From Candidatus Geothermarchaeota archaeon (GTDB lineage Archaea; Thermoproteota; Nitrososphaeria; Geothermarchaeales; JDFR-13), in the NCBI GenBank assembly GCA_015523605.1, contig WAKC01000009.1:12335-36334 (forward strand): 24,000 nt of DNA, given 5' to 3'. Below the pieces are notes generated by a model. That model saw only the letters and a list, made by a program, of their open reading frames with translations, was not told where the DNA came from and did not search any database. A program made the position numbers and the translations under genes. This document shows positions 1 through 8,652 of this stretch, one piece after another. Every line of letters begins with the position of its first letter. Position 1 is the first letter of the stretch.

Positions 1-631
1 AGCTATTTATAAGCAGTCTTGCAACGTCCTTACCTCCATATTTATTAGTTAATTCTCTTCCTAACTCATCATTGGATAGGGAGGCCATCTCCTGGACAAA
101 TCTGTAGCCCCTAATATGGTTTATCCTATGTATTCCAAATCTTTGGTAGGAGAAGTAGTTGGGTATACGGCTTTTCTGAAGCTCCCTCAAGACGATTTCC
201 TCAATCTTCTTCTTATATTTACTTGTATCTTCAACTTCAACTGTTATTTCAAATCTATTTCCTAGGTGGAGGTCTGATACTCTCGTATCTCTTGATATTG
301 AGCCGACGTATTCAAACCCTTCTCTCCTTATTCTCCTCCTGGATAAGACATACTGTATAGTCTCGGCGTATTTATCCTTCCTACCCAGTGTAGTGGCTCC
401 ATATCTACGCAGATAAGTATTTAACTGTGTACTATCGACACCCCATTTTTTAGTAATCTTGTATATGTGGATGTCGCCATCTTTTGTAACTAGGTTTTCA
501 TCGATTATCTCTTCAACTTTGAATGAACCTGGGCCATTCTTTATTCTATGGGGAATGTGTGTTAAATCGTTTATTGCATAGTAACATAAACCTATGAATA
601 TGTCTTCATGTACCGGGGATCTTAGGTACAA
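1..631 (-). CDS. truD: tRNA pseudouridine(13) synthase TruD/Pus7 family, N-terminal part (gene continues beyond the window start)
   Basis: Not in the ORF track because it runs off the window. My translation of the minus strand from TTG at 631 stays open to base 1. It contains ...HRIKNGPGSFKVEEI... and ...RIPNYFSYQRFGIHRINH..., matching the PNYFGxQRFG signature of TruD. A GGTGA SD-like motif lies 7 nt upstream of the TTG, and the start is 18 nt downstream of the pth2 stop, so the two look like an operon. Confidence 0.8.
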   Translation of the reverse strand, partial: MYLRSPVHEDIFIGLCYYAINDLTHIPHRIKNGPGSFKVEEIIDENLVTKDGDIHIYKITKKWGVDSTQLNTYLRRYGATTLGRKDKYAETIQYVLSRRRIRREGFEYVGSISRDTRVSDLHLGNRFEITVEVEDTSKYKKKIEEIVLRELQKSRIPNYFSYQRFGIHRINHIRGYRFVQEMASLSNDELGRELTNKYGGKDVARLLINS

Positions 632-649
632 ATAATCTCACCTGTAAAG

Positions 650-1006
650 CTACATCAATTTTAAATCGCCCGTTATCTCGTCGATCAACTCTTCTTTATC
701 TGGACCTATACCTATCGCTGTTAAAGTCCCCGGCTCTAGCTGGGTATGTCCAGCATCTCGTATAATACATGCAGTTATACCTCGTTCAATAGCTTTTTCA
801 TATCTCTCCAAAGCTGTTTTATAATCTGGAACCTTTAGAACGACTTTTTTCTGACCCTGTTTTATCCATTCATGGGCTAACTCAGGTTTTTCCTTTAGTG
901 TTATATAGAAACATTGGACAGATGCATGTGCAACCTGGGCAGCTAATTTCCCTTTACCCATCTTCAGATCCGTCCTTACCAGAATAACCTGCTTCAACCT
1001 ATTCAT
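650..1006 (-). CDS. pth2: peptidyl-tRNA hydrolase, archaeal/eukaryotic PTH2 type
   Basis: 118-aa ORF. The N-terminal KQVILVRTDLKMGKGKLAAQVAHAS and C-terminal DAGHTQLEPGTLTAIGIGP stretches are typical PTH2 family blocks, and the size is typical. Confidence 0.9.
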   Translation of the reverse strand: MNRLKQVILVRTDLKMGKGKLAAQVAHASVQCFYITLKEKPELAHEWIKQGQKKVVLKVPDYKTALERYEKAIERGITACIIRDAGHTQLEPGTLTAIGIGPDKEELIDEITGDLKLM

Positions 1007-1076
1007 ATCCCTACATACCCTCCCAAATAACTTATTTTGAATAGTGATATAGATTTTGATTGACGGGATGGTCTAG

Positions 1077-2198
1077 ATGGCCAGTTATCATCCTATAAAG
1101 ATATATGGAGCGGGTCCAGCTGGGCTTACATTAGCAAATAAACTAGTTGAAAATGGGTTTGAACCAATAATTTATGAGTCGAATCCGGTTGTAGGTAAGC
1201 CTCAACATTGTAGTGGTGTCGTCAGCGGCCGATTTATCGATGAAGCCCATATTCCACATTCTCTAGTTCGGAATAAATTCTATGGTGTAGAGCTTTGGAT
1301 AGGCAGATTACACGTAAAGGCGGAGTCTTCCACACCTAAGGCATATGCAATAGACAGATATAGGTATGAACTATGGCTGGAAGAGACGTTTATAGACTCT
1401 GGAGGTGAAATCAAGTTTAGAGTTGAGATGGATTATCATAAGCCTATAAGAAGAGACGGCCTCATCGTCGATGCTACTGGAGTGAGGAGTTACATCGTTC
1501 ATAAGAGGGGAGAGGTTCTCCCAGCCCTCCAATTAATTCTTAATGGTAATGGTATAATGGATGAATATAATCCTAAACTTGCAAGTATTATTGTGGATAA
1601 GAAAGTGAATCCGGATTTTTTCTCTTGGGCAATAAATAATGGGGATAGTCGATGGAAGATAGGTACAGCATCAAATGCAAATTTATGGGATGTGCTCTCC
1701 TCAGCTATTAATACCGATGTTTGGACACTGAGAAAAAATTCGTTAGAACGTCTCTATGGCCATGTGGTTGTAGGTGGACCGGTTAAGAACTTCTTCGATC
1801 CGTCGAGGAACACTGTATTGATAGGGGATTCTGCTGGGCAGACTAAGGTAACCACTGGTGGAGGTCTATATTATATACTACTGGCTTCTAAAATGTTTGT
1901 TGAATCATTGGTAGAAGGTTCTCCTGATTATACCCAGAAATTTTATAGGGAATTGAAGGATGAATATAGACTTCAGAGGCTCTTGAGAAGCCTGTTTCTC
2001 AAGATTTCTCAAGAAGATCTGGAAGAGGTAATAAATATCATGGCTAGAAAGGAGCTATTTAATTTGATGTTGATGTTAGGTGATATGGATTTCCATATGA
2101 CGAGTCTAGTAAGACTTGCTATGGACAGAGATTTCATGAAAACCTTCATTAAAATGTCCAAATATATCGAACTTTCGATGTTATTCAGCTCCGTCTAG
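1077..2198 (+). CDS. FAD-dependent oxidoreductase, geranylgeranyl reductase family
   Basis: 373 aa. It has an N-terminal Rossmann dinucleotide motif (IYGAGPAGLTLANKL...YES) and a GDSAGQTKVTTGGGLYY block resembling the GDAAG...TGxGI motif of geranylgeranyl reductases. The substrate cannot be assigned from sequence. Confidence 0.65.
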   Translation: MASYHPIKIYGAGPAGLTLANKLVENGFEPIIYESNPVVGKPQHCSGVVSGRFIDEAHIPHSLVRNKFYGVELWIGRLHVKAESSTPKAYAIDRYRYELWLEETFIDSGGEIKFRVEMDYHKPIRRDGLIVDATGVRSYIVHKRGEVLPALQLILNGNGIMDEYNPKLASIIVDKKVNPDFFSWAINNGDSRWKIGTASNANLWDVLSSAINTDVWTLRKNSLERLYGHVVVGGPVKNFFDPSRNTVLIGDSAGQTKVTTGGGLYYILLASKMFVESLVEGSPDYTQKFYRELKDEYRLQRLLRSLFLKISQEDLEEVINIMARKELFNLMLMLGDMDFHMTSLVRLAMDRDFMKTFIKMSKYIELSMLFSSV

Positions 2199-2248
2199 AC
2201 ATCAAGGTTTATAAAAAAGTATATTGATATAGGTGTTATTGATGTGAT

Positions 2249-2434
2249 ATGAGTATAGAGATAGAGTATAACCCACCCAAATGTACTTCATGTAATAAAA
2301 ATATTTTGGCGTTTGAATCTACAGTGTATTTCCCATGTCCTGAATGTGGTGAAGTTATTATCTGGAGATGTGAGAAGTGCCGTAGATTCGCTAGGGAGTA
2401 TAAATGTCCCTCCTGTGGATTTGTAGGCCCATGA
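2249..2434 (+). CDS. small Zn-ribbon protein (COG2888-like, translation-associated)
   Basis: 61 aa with four CxxC pairs (CTSC, CPEC, CEKC, CPSC), ending in CPSCGFVGP. It sits immediately upstream of aEF-1beta, a conserved archaeal gene pair. Confidence 0.75.
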   Translation: MSIEIEYNPPKCTSCNKNILAFESTVYFPCPECGEVIIWRCEKCRRFAREYKCPSCGFVGP

Positions 2435-2445
2435 GGTAATGTGAC

Positions 2446-2721
2446 ATGGCTAAAATGGGGTTAATATATAAGATAAATCCTGAGGAGCCTGGTCAGGAAG
2501 TCCTCAATAGGATTTTGGATGAAGTCAAGACTATAGCCAGTGAATTGGGTGGTGAACTTAAGGATTATAAGATTGAGCCTCTTGCTTTTGGACTGTATTC
2601 ATTAACTGTATTGGTATCTGTAGATGAAGGTGATGAGACCTTCCCCGACGAGTTTGAATCTAGAGTATCAAATCTCGAGGGGATAAGTAGTATAGAGAAC
2701 GTTGGGATGACACGTTTATAG
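2446..2721 (+). CDS. translation elongation factor aEF-1 beta
   Basis: 91 aa. The central IEPLAFGLYSL block and the C-terminal GISSIENVGMTRL ending match the aEF-1beta family in both pattern and size. Confidence 0.85.
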   Translation: MAKMGLIYKINPEEPGQEVLNRILDEVKTIASELGGELKDYKIEPLAFGLYSLTVLVSVDEGDETFPDEFESRVSNLEGISSIENVGMTRL

Positions 2722-2867
2722 CTCATCATTTTTCATCAGTAATAATCTATATGTATATATTATTCTGTCTCTATATGTAGGTGTCTAAATAGCAATATTT
2801 GTTTTTAAACATAGGTTAAGCCAAAATTAATATATAGATAGTATATTGGATATGGTGTTTGAGTAAG

Positions 2868-5036
2868 ATGGAGAAAGTGGTTGAACTACGGGTTAGAGAC
2901 GCATACCCAAGGGATATAGATAGAGGTATAATTCGTATCCATAGACTTGTAATGGAGAGGTTGGGTATAAAGGAGAGGAGTTCAATTCTCGTAGAGAAGA
3001 AGGGGCGTGTTGTTGGCTGGGTTGCGTCTCTAGCTATGGAGGAGCCTGAAGACATTATAAGATTAGATGATGATATGAAACGTAATCTGGGAGTATCTAA
3101 TAATGACGTGGTATCTGTTAGGCCTATTAGACTCTTCCCTGCTAAAAAGATTGTGTTGGTGCCTCTCGACAGAATTGAAAATATTGATAGGAATTTTGAG
3201 AATACTATTCATAATAGGTTGATTAATAGACCTCTTTTACGTGGAAATATTGTGACTATCAAACTTTTTGGTGCCTCTATCTCGCTAAGGGTTAAGAAGG
3301 TATCGCCAGATTCACCTGTATATGTTGCGGAGACTACAAAACTTGTAATCGCTAGTGATCTATCCGAGCATATTGAGGATACGGAGATTAGATATGAAGA
3401 TATTGGTGGGCTTGAGAAGGAGATTGAGAAGATTAGGGAGATGGTGGAGCTTCCACTTAGATTTCCCAAGATCTTCAGACATTTAGGTATAGATCCGCCT
3501 AAAGGAGTGCTTCTACATGGTCCCCCAGGATGTGGAAAGACTTTGTTGGCAAAGGCGGTAGCTAATGAGAGTGAAGCCAGTTTCTTCGCTATTAATGGGC
3601 CGGAGATTACAAGTAAATATTATGGAGAATCTGAGGCAAAGCTTAGAGAGATATTTAGGAAGGCTGAAGAGAATGCCCCCTCAATCATATTCATAGATGA
3701 GTTAGACTCTATAGCTCCCAAGAGGGAGGATGTATCGGGAGAGGCGGAAAAGAGGGTTGTTGCCCAACTTTTAACTTTGATGGATGGTCTTAAAGGTAGG
3801 GGTCAAGTTATAGTGATAGGTGCCACCAATAGGATAGATGCTATAGATCCCGCCCTTAGGAGACCTGGAAGGTTCGATAGGGAGATTGAGATTAGAATAC
3901 CTGATGAAAAGGGTAGGTATGAAATATTTAAGATACATACTCGTGGTATGCCTCTCGCTGATGATGTAGATATTAAGAAGCTTGCCAGCATAACACATGG
4001 ATATACGGGTGCAGATATCCAGGCGATATGTAGAGAAGCGGCTATGAAGGCTTTAAAGAGGAATCTCCCCCTCATAGAGGAATATTCTGATACTGGAGAT
4101 ATTCCCGATGAGGTGTTAAGCAAGATAACCGTGACTATGAAGGATTTCATGGATGCATTTAAAGAGATTGTTCCAACTGCTTTGAGAGAGGTGGAGGTCT
4201 CGATACCCAAAGTAACTTGGGATGATATAGGGGGGTTGGAGGAGATTAAAGAGGCTCTTAGAGAGAATATAGAGTGGCCATTGAAGTATCCCGATAAGTT
4301 TAAGAGACTTGGTATTGAACCCCCAAAGGGTATACTCCTGTATGGCCCGCCTGGAACAGGTAAGACGTTATTGGCTCAGGCCATAGCTAGTGAGACCAAT
4401 ATGAACTTTATAGTGGTGAAGGGCCCCGAACTTCTAAGTAAATGGGTTGGTGAATCTGAGAAGGGTATCCGTAGAGTCTTCCGGAGGGCTAGAGATGCGG
4501 CTCCAAGCATAATCTTCTTTGATGAGATTGAAGCATTGGTCCCCATAAGGGGTAGCGATGTAGGCTCGGGAGTTACAAATAGGGTCATCAGTCAATTCCT
4601 TACAGAGTTCGACGGTATAACTAGGCTTGAGGACGTAATCGTTATAGGTGCTACAAATAGGCCTGATATGATTGATCAGGCACTCCTACGACCCGGACGG
4701 ATGGATTTAATGATTTATGTTCCACCTCCTGATAAGAAGGAGAGACTCAGCATCTTAAAGATACACACAAAGTCTATGCCCTTGGATGATTCAGTAGATC
4801 TGGCTCATATAGCCGAGATAACTGAATACTATACAGGTGCTGATTTAAGAGCTCTAGTGAGGGAGGCTGCTATGAACGCTCTCCGTAGTGGTAGGGATAG
4901 GGTTTCGAATGATGATTTTATACATGCAATGGATAAAGTACCCCCTTCATTGAATGACTCGATTATAGAGTGGTATGAAAACTATAGAAAGTCGATGCAT
5001 AGGAAAAGGATTAGACTCCCAGCCGCATTTACATAG
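2868..5036 (+). CDS. cdc48: Cdc48/VCP-like AAA+ ATPase (two AAA domains)
   Basis: Two Walker A motifs ([16 protein letters not shown]), two Walker B motifs ([16 protein letters not shown]) and an N-terminal double-psi-barrel-like region. The track ORF starts at TTG 2859; I prefer ATG 2868 (MEKVVELRV...), which lies about 25-30 nt downstream of the AT-rich box at 2823-2840. Confidence 0.93.
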   Translation: MEKVVELRVRDAYPRDIDRGIIRIHRLVMERLGIKERSSILVEKKGRVVGWVASLAMEEPEDIIRLDDDMKRNLGVSNNDVVSVRPIRLFPAKKIVLVPLDRIENIDRNFENTIHNRLINRPLLRGNIVTIKLFGASISLRVKKVSPDSPVYVAETTKLVIASDLSEHIEDTEIRYEDIGGLEKEIEKIREMVELPLRFPKIFRHLGIDPPKGVLLHGPPGCGKTLLAKAVANESEASFFAINGPEITSKYYGESEAKLREIFRKAEENAPSIIFIDELDSIAPKREDVSGEAEKRVVAQLLTLMDGLKGRGQVIVIGATNRIDAIDPALRRPGRFDREIEIRIPDEKGRYEIFKIHTRGMPLADDVDIKKLASITHGYTGADIQAICREAAMKALKRNLPLIEEYSDTGDIPDEVLSKITVTMKDFMDAFKEIVPTALREVEVSIPKVTWDDIGGLEEIKEALRENIEWPLKYPDKFKRLGIEPPKGILLYGPPGTGKTLLAQAIASETNMNFIVVKGPELLSKWVGESEKGIRRVFRRARDAAPSIIFFDEIEALVPIRGSDVGSGVTNRVISQFLTEFDGITRLEDVIVIGATNRPDMIDQALLRPGRMDLMIYVPPPDKKERLSILKIHTKSMPLDDSVDLAHIAEITEYYTGADLRALVREAAMNALRSGRDRVSNDDFIHAMDKVPPSLNDSIIEWYENYRKSMHRKRIRLPAAFT

Positions 5037-5104
5037 TAGTTCAACCTCTTCATTTTTCGATTTATATTGTAATATTTATATTTTGGGTATGTCGGTGATA
5101 AAGT

Positions 5105-5347
5105 ATGCCTTCTGATTGGGTTGTACGTCCTGTAACAAATATAGTGTATAAGGCTATCGAGGAATTGATAGGTGGTAAATCTGGAGATGGATATATTGAG
5201 TATAGAGAATTGAGATATTATATCGGCGATAGATATCCCAATCTATCTGAGGAGGAGATTAGAAAAGCACTTCTAAATCTAGAGCTATGGGGTAAAATAA
5301 AGGTTGAGAATAATGGTAACGACTTGGAGATAAGGATTAGAAGATAG
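5105..5347 (+). CDS. hypothetical small protein, possible winged-helix fold
   Basis: 80-aa ORF that fills the cdc48-fen1 gap on the same strand. It shows a helix-helix-helix-hairpin pattern (NIVYKAIEELIG / YRELRYYIG / EEEIRKALLNLELWGKIKVENNGNDLEIRI). I recognise no family. Confidence 0.45.
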   Translation: MPSDWVVRPVTNIVYKAIEELIGGKSGDGYIEYRELRYYIGDRYPNLSEEEIRKALLNLELWGKIKVENNGNDLEIRIRR

Positions 5348-5365
5348 TCAGGGGGTGTTATATCC

Positions 5366-6385
5366 TTGGGAGTAAATCTATCCCCTATAGTTGCAGAGTT
5401 TAAGAAGCAGATTGATTTTCCATATCTGAGGGGCTGGATATTAGCTATTGATGCATATAACACTCTCTATCAATTTATAACTACTATTAGGGATAAGACC
5501 GGCAATCCTCTTAGGGATAGTAGGGGTAGGGTGACCAGCCATTTAAGCGGTCTATTTTATAGAAATGTACAACTATTGAAGCATGGTATCAAACTTGTAT
5601 ATGTCTTTGACGGCGTACCTCCCAAGAGGAAGATGGAAGAGTTGAAGAGGCGTCGGGTGGTTAAGGAGGAAGGATATAGGAAATATCTGGAGGCAGTTGA
5701 GAAAGGGGATTATGAGAGCGCCCGTAAATACGCGGCTGTAGCCGCTACCCTAGAGGATTATATGGTGAGTGATGCAAAGAGACTATTAAATCTTCTTGGT
5801 ATCCCCGTTGTACAGGCCCCTTCGGAGGGTGAGGCGCAGGCCGCATATATGGCGAAGAAGGGGGATGTATCGGCTGTAGCCTCCCAAGATTATGACTCTC
5901 TTCTCTTTGGAGCACCCAAAATAGTTAGGAATGTTACTTTGACGGGTACAATTAAATATCCGAGTAAGGGTATCGAGGTAAAGCTTGAGCCTGAAATTGT
6001 AGAGCTTAAGAAGATATTAGAGGGTTTGGAGATTTCATATGAACAGTTGGTGGACATGGGTATAATAATAGGTACAGACTATAATGAGGGGATAAAGGGT
6101 ATCGGACCTAAAAAGGCTCTTGAATACATAAAGGCATATGGCTCTGCTGATAAGATCCCAGAGGTAATGAGGCATATGACCTTGGAGGACTTAATGGAGT
6201 TGAGAAGGTTATTCATGTCTCCAGAAGTCACCGACGACTATTCCCTTGAATTTAAGAATCCGGACTACTCGGGTGTAGAGGAGTTTCTATGTGGTGAGCA
6301 TGATTTTAGTGAGCAGAGGGTTAGGAAGGCATTGAATGAACTGAAGAAGTCTCTATCTACGAAGAGTCTGGACTATTGGTTTTAA
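5366..6385 (+). CDS. fen: flap endonuclease 1 (FEN1)
   Basis: The N-terminus MGVNLSPIV..., LAIDAYNTLYQF, SHLSGLFYR and VYVFDG blocks are the XPG-N signature. There is an H3TH region (IGTDYNEGIKGIGPKKA) and a C-terminal PIP-box-like LDYWF. TTG start with GGGGGTG upstream. Confidence 0.93.
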   Translation: MGVNLSPIVAEFKKQIDFPYLRGWILAIDAYNTLYQFITTIRDKTGNPLRDSRGRVTSHLSGLFYRNVQLLKHGIKLVYVFDGVPPKRKMEELKRRRVVKEEGYRKYLEAVEKGDYESARKYAAVAATLEDYMVSDAKRLLNLLGIPVVQAPSEGEAQAAYMAKKGDVSAVASQDYDSLLFGAPKIVRNVTLTGTIKYPSKGIEVKLEPEIVELKKILEGLEISYEQLVDMGIIIGTDYNEGIKGIGPKKALEYIKAYGSADKIPEVMRHMTLEDLMELRRLFMSPEVTDDYSLEFKNPDYSGVEEFLCGEHDFSEQRVRKALNELKKSLSTKSLDYWF

Positions 6386-6432
6386 CTTGTGATAAGCCTT
6401 AAAAATCATATTTGAATATATTTGAATGATGT

Positions 6433-6509
6433 GCGGCCGTAGTCTAGTCTGGTAGGACGCCGGCCTGCCACGCCGGAGGACCCGGGTTCAAATCCCGGCG
6501 GCCGCACCA
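6433..6509 (+). tRNA. tRNA-Gly (anticodon GCC), CCA encoded
   Basis: Manual cloverleaf: GCGGCCG TA GTCT AGTCTGGTA GGAC G CCGGC CTGCCAC GCCGG AGGAC CCGGG TTCAAAT CCCGG CGGCCGC A CCA. Confidence 0.92.
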
Positions 6510-6526
6510 ACAACCTATATCTTATG

Positions 6527-6901
6527 CTACCAAGGCACTATACCCTCTAGTAAAAGACTGTTATATCTATTTGCTTCTCTATATGCATCATAGATTTGTA
6601 TGGCATGATACACTACATAGAGTAGTATGTTTGTTAATACCGCGACAAGAGCTATTATGAACGCGATAGCCATGACGAGTATCCCTCTCCCTATATCGCC
6701 AACATAGATCTGCCCCAGCCCTGGAAATATAAAGGAGAGTATCCCAGCCAGGGTAGGGTCTTTCTTCTTGAGTAGATATACTGTTGAGACATCCCGCTCC
6801 CCATCCTCTTTGAACATTGAGAGGTCATATCCACAGTTATCACACCTATCCTTATCACCCTTAATTTCACTGCCGCATTTAGGGCAATACCTAATATCCA
6901 T
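6527..6901 (-). CDS. Zn-ribbon membrane protein (TM2-like hydrophobic domain)
   Basis: 124 aa. The N-terminal CPKCG...CDNCG zinc ribbon is followed by two hydrophobic helices (AGILSFIFPGLGQIYVGDIGRGILVMAIAFIIALVAVL). Confidence 0.6.
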   Translation of the reverse strand: MDIRYCPKCGSEIKGDKDRCDNCGYDLSMFKEDGERDVSTVYLLKKKDPTLAGILSFIFPGLGQIYVGDIGRGILVMAIAFIIALVAVLTNILLYVVYHAIQIYDAYREANRYNSLLLEGIVPW

Positions 6902-7110
6902 CTCAATAAAAATTATATGTAAATATTGAAAAATTAGTTATTCCGTCTTACGGTAATCAGTTATAGGTTATATACTTGAGAATTGAGACCTCATTTGGAG
7001 GACCGCCTCTCATTATCCTGTTTAAATCATGTTTTATTTAGTAAAATTCTTTAAAAAGATGCTGTGGATATATTTGATGATAAACAATCGATGATATGGT
7101 TCTATGTTTT

Positions 7111-7188
7111 GGGGCCGTGGTGTAGCTTGGCTAGCATGCGGGCCTTGGGAGCCCGTGGTCCCCGGTTCAAATCCGGGCGGCCCCACCA
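7111..7188 (+). tRNA. tRNA-Pro (anticodon UGG), CCA encoded
   Basis: Manual cloverleaf: GGGGCCG TG GTGT AGCTTGGCTA GCAT G CGGGC CTTGGGA GCCCG TGGTC CCCGG TTCAAAT CCGGG CGGCCCC A CCA. Confidence 0.92.
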
Positions 7189-7202
7189 TCCTAAGCCTAG
7201 TT

Positions 7203-7598
7203 CTATATCACTATTCTATCTCCTATTATCTCGCCTCTAATGACTATGAAGCTCCCTCTCTCCTCCATAACAACGATATAAATCTTTCCTTTTGATACGT
7301 CGACGTTAAGCCCCTCTTTATCTATATATCCATGTTTCAGTAGATGCCGGATTCTTTCTTGGTCACGTTCTATATAAAGTGTAATCATATTGTGAGATAG
7401 GTTTTTGAGAGTTTCCAATCTCAAAGCCTGTATAGCATTTGATCTTTCGATTCTCTCAATATTTACACCATATGAAAATATCTTTATTCCCAGCTTCCTC
7501 AAGATCTTCTCTAAAGCCGATGAATATAGCTTACCTTTAAGGTGGTCTACAGCTACTTCTACCTTGTATCTAAAACTGTCTTTGTCAAGCTTCTCCAT
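7203..7598 (-). CDS. hypothetical protein (131 aa), co-oriented with and 5 nt downstream of the m5C methyltransferase gene
   Basis: An ORF with no overlapping better candidate. It begins 5 nt after the stop of the upstream methyltransferase gene. I recognise no motif. Confidence 0.5.
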   Translation of the reverse strand: MEKLDKDSFRYKVEVAVDHLKGKLYSSALEKILRKLGIKIFSYGVNIERIERSNAIQALRLETLKNLSHNMITLYIERDQERIRHLLKHGYIDKEGLNVDVSKGKIYIVVMEERGSFIVIRGEIIGDRIVI

Positions 7599-7603
7599 GT
7601 TAT

Positions 7604-8530
7604 CTACCTCCTTAGAAGCGCTACATAGGATGTTCCGATGTTTCCACCGAATCTATCGAGGTTCAATGATGGAATGATGTAATGTGTCTTACTTATCTCA
7701 GGATATTCATCATCTCTAGGCTGTACAGTCTTGAACGGTAGTTTCCATTTGGTATCTACTACCTTAAATCCCAGCTCGATAGCATGTTTAACCACGTCTT
7801 CACACTCAGCCTTGGATAATGTACATGTAATATAGAGAAGCTCTCCACCCTCAGCCAGTAGATTATAGATGTTTCTAATAATCTTCTTCTGTAGTTTTCC
7901 ATATTCCCCTGTTCTCTTGATGTTGGATAGAACCTCCCTTCTCCTCTTGTATATAAGGTTTAGACTGGAACAAGGTGCATCGAATAACACCATATCATAC
8001 TGGAAATTAACAGGAAACTTTTCACCTCTATATTGAGTTAGTATAATATTTGGAAGAAGGTACTTCTGAATGTTATTCTGTAGTCTCCTAAGCCTTATTC
8101 TATTTGGTTCGTTAGCTATTATAACTCCTTTTTTAAAGATGTTACTCAGTAAGAACGTCTTTCCTCCGGGGGCTGCTGAGATATCTAAGATGGTTCTCTC
8201 TTCATCCTTATAATCTCCCCATATATATAGGGGGACTACACTAACCAACTCCATTATATAGTATACACCATAACGATAGATGGGAACCCTGCCAATATTC
8301 TCATTCTCAGTTATTAGATAGGGTATCTTGGAGTCGGAAACCACTTCAGCGTCTACATCTAGAGTGTTGAATAACTCCTTTATAATACTTATAGTGATGC
8401 CTATCTGCGTATTCGGTATAACCGCTTTTAAAGGCCTCTTAATAGCTATGGATAAGTACTCCCACAAATCTATATTGAGGGTGATCTCTTTACTCAAAAT
8501 CTGATGTATCCTTTGAATTTCATCCGCCAT
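7604..8530 (-). CDS. RNA (cytosine-C5)-methyltransferase, NOL1/NOP2/Sun (RsmB/Trm4-like) family
   Basis: GVYYIMELVSVVP (the family GxYYIQExxS block), SAM motif I DISAAPGGKT, motif IV DAPCS with its catalytic Cys, and motif VI LLYITCTLSKAECEDVV with the second catalytic Cys. Confidence 0.88.
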   Translation of the reverse strand: MADEIQRIHQILSKEITLNIDLWEYLSIAIKRPLKAVIPNTQIGITISIIKELFNTLDVDAEVVSDSKIPYLITENENIGRVPIYRYGVYYIMELVSVVPLYIWGDYKDEERTILDISAAPGGKTFLLSNIFKKGVIIANEPNRIRLRRLQNNIQKYLLPNIILTQYRGEKFPVNFQYDMVLFDAPCSSLNLIYKRRREVLSNIKRTGEYGKLQKKIIRNIYNLLAEGGELLYITCTLSKAECEDVVKHAIELGFKVVDTKWKLPFKTVQPRDDEYPEISKTHYIIPSLNLDRFGGNIGTSYVALLRR

Positions 8531-8652
8531 AGCCTATCATAAATAAATTAATTATCACCTTGAATCTTGAATCGGCTATATGCCTTTTTCAACCGTTAAA
8601 TTTTTAATTAGAAGTTATGTTGGATAGATAATTGTAGGACAGCATTAGTAAT

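Noticed and set aside
3209-4588. Several 70-135-aa minus-strand ORFs (3209-3469, 3771-3998, 3803-4210, 4376-4588)
   Set aside because: All are antisense to the Cdc48 gene, which has two complete AAA domains. The products are Ser/Ile/Leu-rich shadow ORFs.
6408-6427. Tandem 10-bp repeat ATATTTGAAT x2 just upstream of tRNA-Gly
   Set aside because: There are only two copies in an AT-rich promoter and leader region, where such short duplications arise by chance. A TTAAAAAT TATA-like box lies just upstream. There is no evidence of function.
7075-7094. TGATGA and GATGA motifs upstream of tRNA-Pro(UGG) as a possible C/D box sRNA
   Set aside because: No CUGA D or D' boxes follow at the right spacing, and the segment runs directly into the tRNA. 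It is more simply part of the AT-rich promoter and leader.
7104-7295. 63-aa plus-strand ORF; likewise the 64-aa minus-strand ORF at 8608-8802
   Set aside because: Both are open only because they read through GC-rich tRNA genes (tRNA-Pro and tRNA-Trp). The tRNA cloverleaves explain the sequence.
7203-7598. Assigning the 131-aa ORF as archease or as RNase P Pop5
   Set aside because: The neighbourhood suggested archease and a weak RY...LRxLG resemblance suggested Pop5. The sequence lacks the archease N-terminal DHTAD-type block and does not align with Pop5 beyond a few residues, so it is left as hypothetical.
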